The notes under the pieces were generated by a model. The model saw only the letters and a program-made list of their open reading frames with translations, was not told the DNA's origin and ran no database searches. A program made the position numbers and the translations under genes. A stretch of DNA of 64,000 nt from a virus. Below are positions 1 to 9,094 of the stretch, piece after piece (position 1 is the stretch's first letter; every line of letters starts with the position of its first letter). The stretch is taken from IMG/VR virus record IMGVR_UViG_3300045534_000133, positions 1-64,000 of that record; one strand, written 5' to 3'.

Positions 1-319
1 GGCCGAGGCCGCGCCTGCCCTGCAGTCGTTTGCCGAGGGCGACTCCAAACTGGTGATCGCAGGCGTCAACGCCGCCAAGACGGCCATCGTCAGCAAGGAC
101 ACCGACGAGCGGGTGGACTTCCTGCAGGGCTTCGGGTTCAGCCGCAAGCAGGCCATGGCGCTCATCGGTATCGGTGAGGCCGAGGAAGGCCACGCCCCGA
201 CCTCGGTGTGGGACCATGCGCAGGCCGTCACCGCTCTGGCCCGGCGCCAGACGCTGAACGAAACCCGGATGGCGCTGGAGGTGACGGCGGGCAAGATGCT
301 CGACAAGGTGACCGCCTAA
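1..319 (+). CDS. C-terminal part of DUF932-like protein (5' truncated by window)
   Basis: SVWDHAQAVTALARR...RMALEVTAGKML resembles DUF932 C-terminus. Confidence 0.5.
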   Translation, partial: AEAAPALQSFAEGDSKLVIAGVNAAKTAIVSKDTDERVDFLQGFGFSRKQAMALIGIGEAEEGHAPTSVWDHAQAVTALARRQTLNETRMALEVTAGKMLDKVTA

Positions 320-330
320 GCGTTGGCCAC

Positions 331-362
331 GGGGCTCGGCTCCACGCCGGGCCCCACTTTTC
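331..362 (+). terminator. Intrinsic terminator
   Basis: ggggctcggc/gccgggcccc hairpin followed by T-run after stop at 319. Confidence 0.55.
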
Positions 363-462
363 GCGCTGGACTTTCAGACCGCGTTTTTCTGTTGCAACCG
401 GTCCAGTTCTATGGTTTAGCTATTCATGCGGGGCCAGCCGGTCCCGCCTTGGGAGAAAAAAG

Positions 463-717
463 ATGAAAACCACCACCTTCTACCGTCACCGGAACCTTGG
501 CGGCTCTTGGACGATCACCACGGCCCCGCGCTACCCGGACAGCGGCAAGCTGGCCCCGGAGTTCGACACGGTGGCCACCTTCTCCGGCTCGGAAGCCGGG
601 AAGATCGGCCTCGGCGCCTTCATCGCCGGGCTCCGGGTTCTGATCGGAGCCAGCCTCTACAACGAGGAAACCCGGCAGTTCGACGTGGGCACAGTTGCCC
701 AGCTTGACGCCGCCTGA
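463..717 (+). CDS. Hypothetical protein (84 aa)
   Basis: ATG at 463 with GGGAG RBS. Confidence 0.7.
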   Translation: MKTTTFYRHRNLGGSWTITTAPRYPDSGKLAPEFDTVATFSGSEAGKIGLGAFIAGLRVLIGASLYNEETRQFDVGTVAQLDAA

Positions 718-777
718 CGTGCCTACCGGCCCGGGCATCCCGCCCGGGCCACCTCCCCCTTCACATGGAGAAGCCCC

Positions 778-1320
778 ATGTGGGTGATGCTCAATAATGC
801 CTTCCTGTCGATCGTCAGCCCGTCCGCGCGGAGCCCCACGCTCGACGTGCGAGCCCGCGCCCGGGGCGATATCGAGCGGGTCTTTCCCGGTGCCAAGGTG
901 ATCTGCCTGCCGAACAGAGACTACGCCTTCCGCGCCCACCTGCCGCGCAATGACGTGGCCGCCGCGATCGAGCGCGAGGTGGCAGGCATCCGCTACCCCA
1001 ACTTCAAGGGCTCCACGGTGCAAAACGACCGGCACGATGCTTACGTCCGGTGCTGGCAGGCCATGGCCGATTTTCAGGAGAGCCGGGGTCATGGCCGCCC
1101 CTACCAGACGACGGCCACCGGCAAGGGCCGCAAGCAGCCCAAGGGGCGCAAGGGCGGCTACGGCAGCCTGCAGTCGGGCCTCTACGACATGTTCGACGAT
1201 CTGCCCTTCCCGCCGCTCCCCGGCGACACCATGGCCGATCTGGACGAGGCCGAGGCCAAATGGCTGGCCGATCGCGAAGACACCATGGACTTTGATGGCC
1301 CGGCGCACCGTAAGGGTTGA
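778..1320 (+). CDS. Conserved hypothetical phage protein
   Basis: GGAG RBS; MW..N.AFLSIV...RAR...DY.FRA...Y.NFK...H.AY..W pattern typical of a widespread uncharacterised phage family. Confidence 0.75.
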   Translation: MWVMLNNAFLSIVSPSARSPTLDVRARARGDIERVFPGAKVICLPNRDYAFRAHLPRNDVAAAIEREVAGIRYPNFKGSTVQNDRHDAYVRCWQAMADFQESRGHGRPYQTTATGKGRKQPKGRKGGYGSLQSGLYDMFDDLPFPPLPGDTMADLDEAEAKWLADREDTMDFDGPAHRKG

Positions 1321-1392
1321 CGGAGCGCAAAAGCCAAGCCATAACGATCTCGCTGCAGCCCAAGGGCTCTGGCGTTTCCTCCCAAGGACTCT

Positions 1393-1427
1393 GGCCCCGG
1401 CGGGCTTGCTCGCCGGGGCCTCTTTTT
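1393..1427 (+). terminator. Intrinsic terminator between convergent genes
   Basis: ggccccggcg/cgccggggcc 10-bp stem followed by tcttttt. Confidence 0.75.
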
Positions 1428-1436
1428 GCCCGGCGC

Positions 1437-2249
1437 TCACGTCAGCAGTTCCGGCGGGCACAGGCAGCCCGGCTCGCCCGGACGCGGGCCCCAGTCCACC
1501 CGGTTCCAGTTCTGGTCCTCTTTCCACTCCCGCACACGGGATGGCCAGCGGTCGATGGTGTCGGGCTTCGGCCCGGCCGACGACAGAGGCGGTGCCTTCT
1601 CGATCGCCATGACAATCCAGTTCCGCCACGCGGCTGCCCAGTCCCGGGCCCTCCGGTCGTTCGTCATGGCGTGGTTGCGGAAGCGCTCGGCCTCCATGGT
1701 GATCTTCACGGCTGCACCGGCGTCGGCCACCTGCACCTTGGCGGCCTGCAGGGCGGGCAGATCGGGGAAGCCGTCGGGGATGGCCACCTCGGGCTTTCGA
1801 GCCTTCGGCTTCGCCTTCGCGTGCGAGGAATCTACTCTTGTAGATTCCTTCTCTGTATCTGTGTCTGTATGGCTAACTTTTGGCTGCGGTATCCCTTTGT
1901 TTTTCCTTGGTTTCGCTGCGATTTCGGCCTGATTATCCCGGTATTTTCTCGTTTCTTCCCCGAGATAATCCGCGCGAGGGTTCGTGATGAAGCCGGATTT
2001 GATCGTGATTTTACCGACGGTCCCGTTGGCGTTCGGCCACGTCTGGAGCGCCAGTTTGATTACCCGCCACTTGCGGACGCTGCAGCCAAGCTGCCCGGCA
2101 ATATAGCCGTCATCCTCCTGCAGAAGCCCGCCCCGATAGTAGATCAGGTCCAGCAGGATGGCGTAGGCGCCCTTCGTCTCAAGGTCCATGCCTATGGTGC
2201 CGTCGAGGAAGTCCCGGGGAAACCGCTTGTAGTAGGGCAGGGCGCTCAC
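1437..2249 (-). CDS. Phage replication initiator, DUF1376/YdaU-like N-terminus
   Basis: LPYYKRFPRDFL...GAY..LLD..Y motif; GTG start overlaps helicase stop. Confidence 0.8.
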   Translation of the reverse strand: MSALPYYKRFPRDFLDGTIGMDLETKGAYAILLDLIYYRGGLLQEDDGYIAGQLGCSVRKWRVIKLALQTWPNANGTVGKITIKSGFITNPRADYLGEETRKYRDNQAEIAAKPRKNKGIPQPKVSHTDTDTEKESTRVDSSHAKAKPKARKPEVAIPDGFPDLPALQAAKVQVADAGAAVKITMEAERFRNHAMTNDRRARDWAAAWRNWIVMAIEKAPPLSSAGPKPDTIDRWPSRVREWKEDQNWNRVDWGPRPGEPGCLCPPELLT

Positions 2250-3673
2250 GAGACGGGCTCCCATGGCATGATCTGCTCTCCCTCATTGATGACGATATCG
2301 AACGCCGGGCTGTAGCGCTGCATGTCGTTCCCGATGGCGCCGCCACGGAACTTTGCGGTCATCACCTCCATCTTGTTTTTCATCGTCTCAATGCGCGCCT
2401 CGTACACCAGCGGGTCGGTGTCCTTCGGGCAACCCTGCCGTTCGAGGTAGTAGCTTTCGCGGTACGGGAACATCACCACGTCGGCGTCCTGCTCGATCGA
2501 GCCGGAGTCGCGAAGATCGGAAAGCTGGGGTCTCTTGTCCTCTCGCTTCTCCACGTCCCGGGAAAGCTGCGACAGGGCGACGATGCCGCACCCGAGGTCT
2601 TTGGCCAGACGCTTGAGGGTGCTGGTGATCTCGCCGATGGCCTCGTTGCGGCTGTTATTGAAGCCGCGCGGCATCTCCATGATCTGGATATAGTCGATGA
2701 AAATGGCGGCCAGCTTGCCCTTTTTGGCCAGCGAGTGGCTGCGCCGGACGACGTGATCGAGCGACAAGGTGCTGCTGTCGTCCAGTATGAAGTTCGGCGG
2801 GACTTCCTCGGCCGCCGCTGCCAGCCGATCAAGCTGGGAGTGCGAGAGTTCGTCGCCCTGCATGTCGAAATAGGGGATGCCGTGGCCGCGCTCGCGGGTG
2901 ATCTGGGCCAGCGTGCGCTCGCTCATCTCCTCCCGGTCCATCTCGACGCAGTAGTAGGCCACGATCTCGTCCGGGTTCCGCCGGGCGCATCCGATCGCGG
3001 CCGCGCGAGCGAGCGAGGTCTTGCCCATACTCGGGCGACCGGCGACCACGATCAGCTTGGCGGGCCGGATGCCGTGCAGGCGCTGGTCGAAGCAGCGCAG
3101 CCCTGTCAGGCGCCCGTTCTTTTTGCCGGTGTCCTTCTCGTGGTTGAGGCGCACCACCGTGCCCCGGGCGGCCTCCAGAGCGCTCACCATCGTGATCGAG
3201 GCAGGCGCGCTGGCGTGCATCATGCTTGTGATGGCCCCAGAGGTGGCCGTGAGCGTGCTGTAGGCCGCAACAGTGGGGTCGTTGGCCCCATCCCTCACCC
3301 CACCGGCCAGTTCCACCAGCATGCGTCGCTGGGCAGCGTCTATGATGGTGCTGGCGGCCGTAATGGCCCACGCCGTTGGCGGTGCCCTCTCCACCAGAGA
3401 CAAGAAAAACAGATGAATGTTCGGTGCCGGACCGCCCGGATGTTCTGGCAAAAAGGACGGGTCTGTCGAAAAAAGGCTTGCCAGTGTCGAGGGCTCCGGC
3501 GCCTCATTGGCGGCCACGCGCTCTCGGATGGCCTCAAAGATGCGCGCGTGCAGCGGCTCGTAGAAGTGGGCAGGTTTCAGGTCGGCGATGCTGTCGAGCA
3601 TCGTAGGGTCGAAGATGGCCGCGCCAAGCACGTCCAGTTCGGCCTCCAGATTGATCAGAGCAGTAGCGGTCAT
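2246..3673 (-). CDS. dnaB: Replicative DnaB-like helicase
   Basis: Walker A AGRPSMGKT, IDYIQ, LSQLSR, DLRDSGSIEQDAD; ATG at 3673 overlaps upstream stop. Confidence 0.95.
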   Translation of the reverse strand: MTATALINLEAELDVLGAAIFDPTMLDSIADLKPAHFYEPLHARIFEAIRERVAANEAPEPSTLASLFSTDPSFLPEHPGGPAPNIHLFFLSLVERAPPTAWAITAASTIIDAAQRRMLVELAGGVRDGANDPTVAAYSTLTATSGAITSMMHASAPASITMVSALEAARGTVVRLNHEKDTGKKNGRLTGLRCFDQRLHGIRPAKLIVVAGRPSMGKTSLARAAAIGCARRNPDEIVAYYCVEMDREEMSERTLAQITRERGHGIPYFDMQGDELSHSQLDRLAAAAEEVPPNFILDDSSTLSLDHVVRRSHSLAKKGKLAAIFIDYIQIMEMPRGFNNSRNEAIGEITSTLKRLAKDLGCGIVALSQLSRDVEKREDKRPQLSDLRDSGSIEQDADVVMFPYRESYYLERQGCPKDTDPLVYEARIETMKNKMEVMTAKFRGGAIGNDMQRYSPAFDIVINEGEQIMPWEPVS

Positions 3674-4119
3674 CGACGGCCCCACCGATCGGGCGTTAGC
3701 TTGAGGGCAATGCCGTTGCCGAAGGCAAACTTGACCGTTTCGGTGCGCGAGCGGAGCGGCACACCCCACCGCGTCAGGATATCCAGCACCTCGTCCAGAG
3801 ACTCGGCCACTTCCCAGTTGTGGCCGCACGCGGCCATGTCGCCGCCGAAGGCCACCTGCTCGGCCGACAGGCCGCCGACGCCGCCGGGCGGCTTCATCTC
3901 GATCGTGCCAAAGCCGGAGCGCACCACGTTGTCTCCGCGAGGCCAGATGAAGTGCAGATCGTGGACGCCCTTCGTGAGCCCCATGGCCTTGTAGATACCG
4001 CCCTGTACGGCGCTGCCGCCCATATTGTTCGGCACATGCCAGACGCGGGCAGGTGCGATCAGCGCAGCACGAAGCCATGCCACGACGCCGATTTGCAGGT
4101 CTTGTTCCAGTCTTTTCAT
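3670..4119 (-). CDS. VRR-NUC family nuclease
   Basis: E..LQ, HVPN, GVHDL, IEMK, LS.EQ..F motifs. Confidence 0.85.
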   Translation of the reverse strand: MKRLEQDLQIGVVAWLRAALIAPARVWHVPNNMGGSAVQGGIYKAMGLTKGVHDLHFIWPRGDNVVRSGFGTIEMKPPGGVGGLSAEQVAFGGDMAACGHNWEVAESLDEVLDILTRWGVPLRSRTETVKFAFGNGIALKLTPDRWGRR

Positions 4120-4299
4120 GCCGCTTACCGTTCGCTCCCAAGCTGGATTCGGGACTGGCCCGTGTCCGCCTTACCGTCAAGCTGAAAAGTCTTAACAGCC
4201 ACAGCCGGGAGCGTTTTGTGGATGCCCTGATATTTTTCTGGTGTTCCTGTTGGTGGCTTGATATGCACCGCTCAAGCTATCCCTTCACCGAGAGTTTCA

Positions 4300-5334
4300 A
4301 TGGCAAACATCAAGTTCAAGACCGAAGACGAGTGGCACGCTCTACGCGACAGCCACATTGGCGGCTCCGACGTGGCCGCCTTGTTCAATCTCTGGCGCGA
4401 CGCCGACGGGGTTGAGCGCGTCCGCCACCTGTTTGAGGCCGTGCCCGAGGACAGCCTATGCCTCGGCAGCCTGTCGCCCTACAAGAGCGGCTACCGGCTC
4501 TGGATGGAGAAGGCCGGGCGTCTCGCGCCGGATGACCTGTCGGAGGTCGAGCGCGTGCTGGCCGGGCAGTTCATGGAGCCCGCCATCGCGGCATGGGCAA
4601 ACCGGCGCTGGCCCGACTGGAAGCTGCTCAAAAGCAGGGTCTACCACGTCCACCCGTCGATCGACGGGTTCGGTGCCAGCCTCGACTACTTCATCCAGAA
4701 GGGCGTCGAGCCGGTCGATATCAAAAACGTCGATGGGCTGCAGTTCAAACGCAAATGGCTGCTGGACGACGACACCGGCGAGATCGTGGACTTCCCCATG
4801 GCCATCGTGCTGCAGATTCAGCACCAGATCGCCTGCACCGGGGCCGACCGGGGATGGGTTCTGGCCTGCGTCGGCGGCAACGAACTGCGCCGGGGCTCGA
4901 TGCCCCGGCACCAGCCGACGATCGACAAGATCGAGACGGCCGTGCGCGCGTTCTGGGCGGCCGTTGCTGCCGGTATCGAGCCCATGGACGCTGACTTTGG
5001 CACGGTGAAGGAGGTCTATTCCTTCGGCGACGCCAAGGACACCGACAACCCGCCGGTGGACTGGACGGGCACCACCACCGAGGCCGAGGACGCCGATCGC
5101 GCCGTGCGCCGCTACCTGCGCTGGAGTGATCACCTCAAGTTCGTCACGCAGCAGGTGGACCTACTCAAGGGCCGCGTCGGCCAGCACGTCGGCGCGGCCT
5201 ACAAGGCCAAGTTCAACAGCGCCAACGTGACGTGGCCCACCATTCACCGGGAGGCCAAGACCGTCTCCTACAACGTCGATGCCAAAACCTACCGGGGCGG
5301 CATGACCGTCACCCGCATCAAGGAAACCGCCTGA
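4300..5334 (+). CDS. YqaJ/lambda-exonuclease-like recombination nuclease
   Basis: W...R...IGGSD, G..MEP, ASLD, DIKN, QIQHQ. Confidence 0.9.
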   Translation: MANIKFKTEDEWHALRDSHIGGSDVAALFNLWRDADGVERVRHLFEAVPEDSLCLGSLSPYKSGYRLWMEKAGRLAPDDLSEVERVLAGQFMEPAIAAWANRRWPDWKLLKSRVYHVHPSIDGFGASLDYFIQKGVEPVDIKNVDGLQFKRKWLLDDDTGEIVDFPMAIVLQIQHQIACTGADRGWVLACVGGNELRRGSMPRHQPTIDKIETAVRAFWAAVAAGIEPMDADFGTVKEVYSFGDAKDTDNPPVDWTGTTTEAEDADRAVRRYLRWSDHLKFVTQQVDLLKGRVGQHVGAAYKAKFNSANVTWPTIHREAKTVSYNVDAKTYRGGMTVTRIKETA

Positions 5335-5335
5335 T

Positions 5336-6385
5336 ATGACCGATACTGCCCCCTCTACCGCTCTGGCCATGCCAGCGGAAACCTCGCCCACCGCGTTCTC
5401 CAGCTTGATGGACGCGGCCAATGCGTTCGATGCCGCCATGAAGATGGCGGGCTCGATCGCCGCTGCCGGGTGGGCCCCGAACAGCTATCGCAAGGACGTG
5501 CCGAAAAACCACGCGGGCGCTCGCATCGGGCGCCCCGAAGATCAGGACTTGGACACCAACAAAATCGCCATCGGCATCATGCAGGGCGCTGAACTGGGCC
5601 TGAAACCCATCCAGTCCCTGCAGTCGATCGCGGTGGTGAACGGAATCCCGTCTCTGTATGGCGACGCCATGCTGGCGGTCGTCAACGCCACAGGGCAGGT
5701 TGAGGACTTCGCCGAGGAGCCTGTCGTCAACAACGAGGGAGTGGTGACCGGCTGGAAAGCCACGATGAAGCGCAAGAGCCGCGCGACGCCCACCGTTCGA
5801 TTCTTTACAGTCGAAGATGCCAAGGGTGCAGGCCTGCTCAACAAGTCTGGACCGTGGACGCAGTACCGCTCGCGCATGCTGCAGATGCGCGCCCGGGGCT
5901 GGTGCCTTCGCGACAGCTTCCCCGACACCCTCAAGGGCCTGATGATTGCCGAGGAGGCGCAGGACATTGTGATCGTCACCAACGAGCCGGTCCCGGCCAT
6001 CGCCGCACCCAAGTCGGTCAAGGGTAAGCTGAAAGCCTTTACCGAGGGCAACAAGGCCCCGGAGGTGCAGGAGCCGGTGGACGCCGATTTTACCGAGGAC
6101 GCCCACGACCCGGTCACAAGTGAGGTTACGCAGGAGGAAGCAAGTGGCCTGCCTAACGAGATTCAGGCAGCCTTCGACAACGCCAAGTTCACCCCGTTCC
6201 TCCAGTGGCTGGACGTGGAACTGCAGAAACTGGCCGACGCGCCCGAGGTGAAGCAGGGGCTGGTCGATCGCCATGCCGCGCGCCTGCGCACCGTCTATGC
6301 CAGCGGCAAGGCCGCCGAGGCTGCCGTCAACAAGCTGGTCACCGCGTTTGGTGTCGAACTGTCGCTTGAAGGGCTGGAAAACTGA
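5336..6385 (+). CDS. RecT/Redbeta-like ssDNA annealing protein
   Basis: G.ELGL.P..SL..I.VVNG, W..Y..RML..RA...LRDSFPD.L.GL...EE; adjacent to exonuclease. Confidence 0.8.
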   Translation: MTDTAPSTALAMPAETSPTAFSSLMDAANAFDAAMKMAGSIAAAGWAPNSYRKDVPKNHAGARIGRPEDQDLDTNKIAIGIMQGAELGLKPIQSLQSIAVVNGIPSLYGDAMLAVVNATGQVEDFAEEPVVNNEGVVTGWKATMKRKSRATPTVRFFTVEDAKGAGLLNKSGPWTQYRSRMLQMRARGWCLRDSFPDTLKGLMIAEEAQDIVIVTNEPVPAIAAPKSVKGKLKAFTEGNKAPEVQEPVDADFTEDAHDPVTSEVTQEEASGLPNEIQAAFDNAKFTPFLQWLDVELQKLADAPEVKQGLVDRHAARLRTVYASGKAAEAAVNKLVTAFGVELSLEGLEN

Positions 6386-6729
6386 TGGGAACGTCGGTCC
6401 CTATTCCGCGCGGTGAACTGGAGGTGGCGCTGGGCGCCGCTTTCAGGGACGCCCGCACCGCCAAGCGCTGGACGCTAAAGGAGATGGCCGATGGCCTTGG
6501 CGTCGGCGTCAACACCATCCGCTGGCACGAAGCTGGTGACACCATCATGGCGCCGGACAAACTGATAAAGGCGGCCGGGTTGCTGGGAGCGGCCCCCAAC
6601 GCGCTGGGAGCCTCCTACAGGGCCGCACAGGCGCTGGCCGCACTGACGGAAGCCGCGACAGCCGAAGGCCTGCAGGTGGCTGTCTCGCGGCTTCCCAGTG
6701 GCCACAACATCAATCTTAGAAAGGGGTAG
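6385..6729 (+). CDS. XRE-family HTH regulator
   Basis: R.AKRWTLKEMADGLGVGVNTIRWHEAG. Confidence 0.8.
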   Translation: MGTSVPIPRGELEVALGAAFRDARTAKRWTLKEMADGLGVGVNTIRWHEAGDTIMAPDKLIKAAGLLGAAPNALGASYRAAQALAALTEAATAEGLQVAVSRLPSGHNINLRKG

Positions 6730-6733
6730 CCCT

Positions 6734-7030
6734 GTGCAAAACTACAAAGAGACCAGCCGCGCGGCATGGGAGTCAATGATACCGGCCAACGCCACGCTGG
6801 ACCGGGCCATCATGGCGGAACTGACAAAGCACGGCGCGCGAGGCCGGACGTGCCAGAACGTGGAGGACGCCATCAAGCGCGAGCATCAGGCCGTAAGTGG
6901 AAACCTGCGCCACTTGGTGGAGAAAGGCTATGTAGAGGTCGTGCCCGGGGTGTTTGGGGTCACCCGCTCCGGCCGCCGGGCGATGCTCTGGCGCATCATC
7001 GAAAACCCGACTGCTTCGATCACGCGCTAG
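6734..7030 (+). CDS. Small winged-helix DNA-binding protein
   Basis: T...V...I...HQAVSGNLRHLVEKG.V...TRSGR.A..W. Confidence 0.65.
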   Translation: MQNYKETSRAAWESMIPANATLDRAIMAELTKHGARGRTCQNVEDAIKREHQAVSGNLRHLVEKGYVEVVPGVFGVTRSGRRAMLWRIIENPTASITR

Positions 7031-7359
7031 GGCAGCAGCTTCTGCCACCACGTCTTCTGGCGCTCGGCCTGCAGACGTAGCCATTCGTCCTCAAGCGCGT
7101 GTTCCGCGTCGTGCGTCTGCACGGCCAGATCGCGGGCGCCGTCACAGGTGATAATGGCGACACCACGGGCGATCAGAGTGTTGTCCGCGTCCTCATTTGT
7201 CGGGAACAGGGGCAACCGCTCCAGATGGCACGCCTGCCGGGCCGCTTGTGGCATCTCCAGCCGGGGCGGACGCACAGGTTCTGGGGGCGAGTGCGCACAG
7301 GCGCTCGTCAACAGCATGATGGCGAGCGGCACGCTCAACAGGCCACGGGTCTTGGGCAT
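7027..7359 (-). CDS. Rz1-like outer-membrane spanin lipoprotein
   Basis: Lipobox LTSAC then Pro-rich stretch; overlaps Rz-like gene. Confidence 0.75.
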   Translation of the reverse strand: MPKTRGLLSVPLAIMLLTSACAHSPPEPVRPPRLEMPQAARQACHLERLPLFPTNEDADNTLIARGVAIITCDGARDLAVQTHDAEHALEDEWLRLQAERQKTWWQKLLP

Positions 7360-7666
7360 CAGGGGCTCTCCCGGCTTCGGTGGACGCAGCAGCCTGCAGG
7401 GCCGAGGCGTCGAGGATGACGTGGGTGTAGGCGTCCACCCGGGCGGCCTGCGCCGTCAGGCCCTGCACTTCGAGCCCACGGGCATCAGCGTCCTGCGTTG
7501 CTGTCTCGGCCTGCCCTTGAGCCGCCTCCAGCTTTCGATCGCCCCACCCAAACGGGTCGAACTTCAAGCCGACGCGGCCAAGGACGAAAAACGCCAGCAG
7601 CAGGACGAGGGCGAGGCCGATGAGGCGGGCCACCAAGCCTGTTGCCCACTTAGGTAGAACCGGCAT
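7193..7666 (-). CDS. Rz-like inner-membrane spanin
   Basis: N-terminal TM helix, Ala/Gln-rich helical periplasmic part, overlapping lipoprotein gene. Confidence 0.7.
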   Translation of the reverse strand: MPVLPKWATGLVARLIGLALVLLLAFFVLGRVGLKFDPFGWGDRKLEAAQGQAETATQDADARGLEVQGLTAQAARVDAYTHVILDASALQAAASTEAGRAPDAQDPWPVERAARHHAVDERLCALAPRTCASAPAGDATSGPAGVPSGAVAPVPDK

Positions 7667-8069
7667 TAGGCTTCTCCTGCGGCTCTGGCGTGATCGTCAG
7701 GTTCCCCTGCACCGTGGCGTCTATAGGGTCGCCCGGCAAGGTTCTATCTGCCGTGTCGATCTCGGCCGAAAACCCGCCCGGGCCCTGCAGCTTGACGCCG
7801 GTAATCAGACCGGCCGCGATAGCCAGCACGAACATGCCGAGGATGGAGAAGCCGTACCGGATGGCCTCGCGCAGCGTCAGCATCTGCTCCAGCCGGTGTT
7901 CGACAGGCCAGCGCATGGACGTGGCCCTGTCCACCCAGACATACACCAGCGCCGTCATCACCGGGGCGCCGAGAACCATGGCCCAAAGCTGCAGGCGCGG
8001 CCCGGTCATCATGGTGATGACACGACCGGCACCGGCGCCGAAGTTGGCCAGAAACTCTTTCCACGTCAT
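7650..8069 (-). CDS. Putative holin (2 TM segments)
   Basis: Two hydrophobic helices; directly upstream of spanins. Confidence 0.5.
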   Translation of the reverse strand: MTWKEFLANFGAGAGRVITMMTGPRLQLWAMVLGAPVMTALVYVWVDRATSMRWPVEHRLEQMLTLREAIRYGFSILGMFVLAIAAGLITGVKLQGPGGFSAEIDTADRTLPGDPIDATVQGNLTITPEPQEKPNAGST

Positions 8070-8623
8070 AGCGACCGCTCCAGATCGGCGAGGGCCACGT
8101 CCAGCAGCCGGTACAGCGTCGGCGCGTCAACCCCCCGGTTTATGATCGTCCTGTCGGGCTCGATTCGTAGCCGATACTGGTCGCTCTCGCGCGTGGGCTC
8201 CAGCCCGGGCCGATGGATGCGCCAAATGACGCCGCCCCGATCGCGCACCGCGCGGGCCTCACTGGGGTAGTCAGCGTCCTTGACCACGATGCGTTCAGAG
8301 GCGCTGGCATCCACCATCAGCCCCCACGCCTTCGCCCATAGGCTTCCGTGCACCGTGGAGCGCCCCCACGCATGCAGGAGGCCATTGCGCAGCCCGATGG
8401 GCGTGGAGCCCTCTGGCAGGCCCTCCAGCGGCTCTCTCTGGGCATCTGTGGTGAAGATGGCCGGGTCGATGCCGAAGCCCGCCTGCAGCATGCGCTCGGC
8501 CGGTGTGGCCATGTGGAGCGGGGTGAACCCGTATTCCCTGACCAAATAGGCCACAGCCATCGACGCCCCGGAGCCTGTGATGCCCGAGACGGCGATGACC
8601 GGCCGTCGGTTTTGCCTTGTCAT
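8066..8623 (-). CDS. Deoxynucleoside monophosphate kinase-like protein with degenerate P-loop
   Basis: IAVSGITGSGAS, WGR, LW, E..AVR..GG.IW.I.R as in phage dNMP kinases. Confidence 0.7.
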   Translation of the reverse strand: MTRQNRRPVIAVSGITGSGASMAVAYLVREYGFTPLHMATPAERMLQAGFGIDPAIFTTDAQREPLEGLPEGSTPIGLRNGLLHAWGRSTVHGSLWAKAWGLMVDASASERIVVKDADYPSEARAVRDRGGVIWRIHRPGLEPTRESDQYRLRIEPDRTIINRGVDAPTLYRLLDVALADLERSL

Positions 8624-8641
8624 TGACAGGTGAGCGCCAGA

Positions 8642-9070
8642 TCAGGGTGCGACAGGCTGCGGTGCAGGGTTCGGCATGATGGGCGACACCGGTTCTGCCG
8701 CGACAAAGACGAACTCCGGGTCCAGTTCCGGTCCGGCAACGCCGCCAGCTTCCTCGTCCAGCAGCCCTGCCGCCCACGCCGCGATCTGGTAGTGGCGCCC
8801 CGCGCGGCCCCACAGATTGATCTGGTAGGTGTGCATGGCCAGCGTGCCCATGACCGAAAGGGCCTCGACGCGGCCGGGCAGGTCTTCGTCCTCCGAACAG
8901 GCCCGGTACAGATACTCCACCGCCTCAATGTGGGCGCGGGCAGCCTCGTCGAGGCGGTTCAGGTAGCGCATCTTTTCCTTGATGGGCTCCGACAGCAGGG
9001 CGGCGTGGTCGACCACCCAGTCGTAGAAGCGGCTCATCGCGCCGACGGGGCCTTGGGAAAGATCGAACAT
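8642..9070 (-). CDS. Hypothetical protein downstream of tail tip gene
   Basis: AGGAG RBS; co-oriented with the tail operon. Confidence 0.7.
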   Translation of the reverse strand: MFDLSQGPVGAMSRFYDWVVDHAALLSEPIKEKMRYLNRLDEAARAHIEAVEYLYRACSEDEDLPGRVEALSVMGTLAMHTYQINLWGRAGRHYQIAAWAAGLLDEEAGGVAGPELDPEFVFVAAEPVSPIMPNPAPQPVAP

Positions 9071-9094
9071 TAGTGGTCTCCTAGATGATTGTGG

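Noticed and set aside
3674-4180. N-terminal extension of DnaB in the ORF track
   Set aside because: Overlaps the VRR-NUC gene; ATG 3673 is coupled to its stop and matches the DnaB N-terminus
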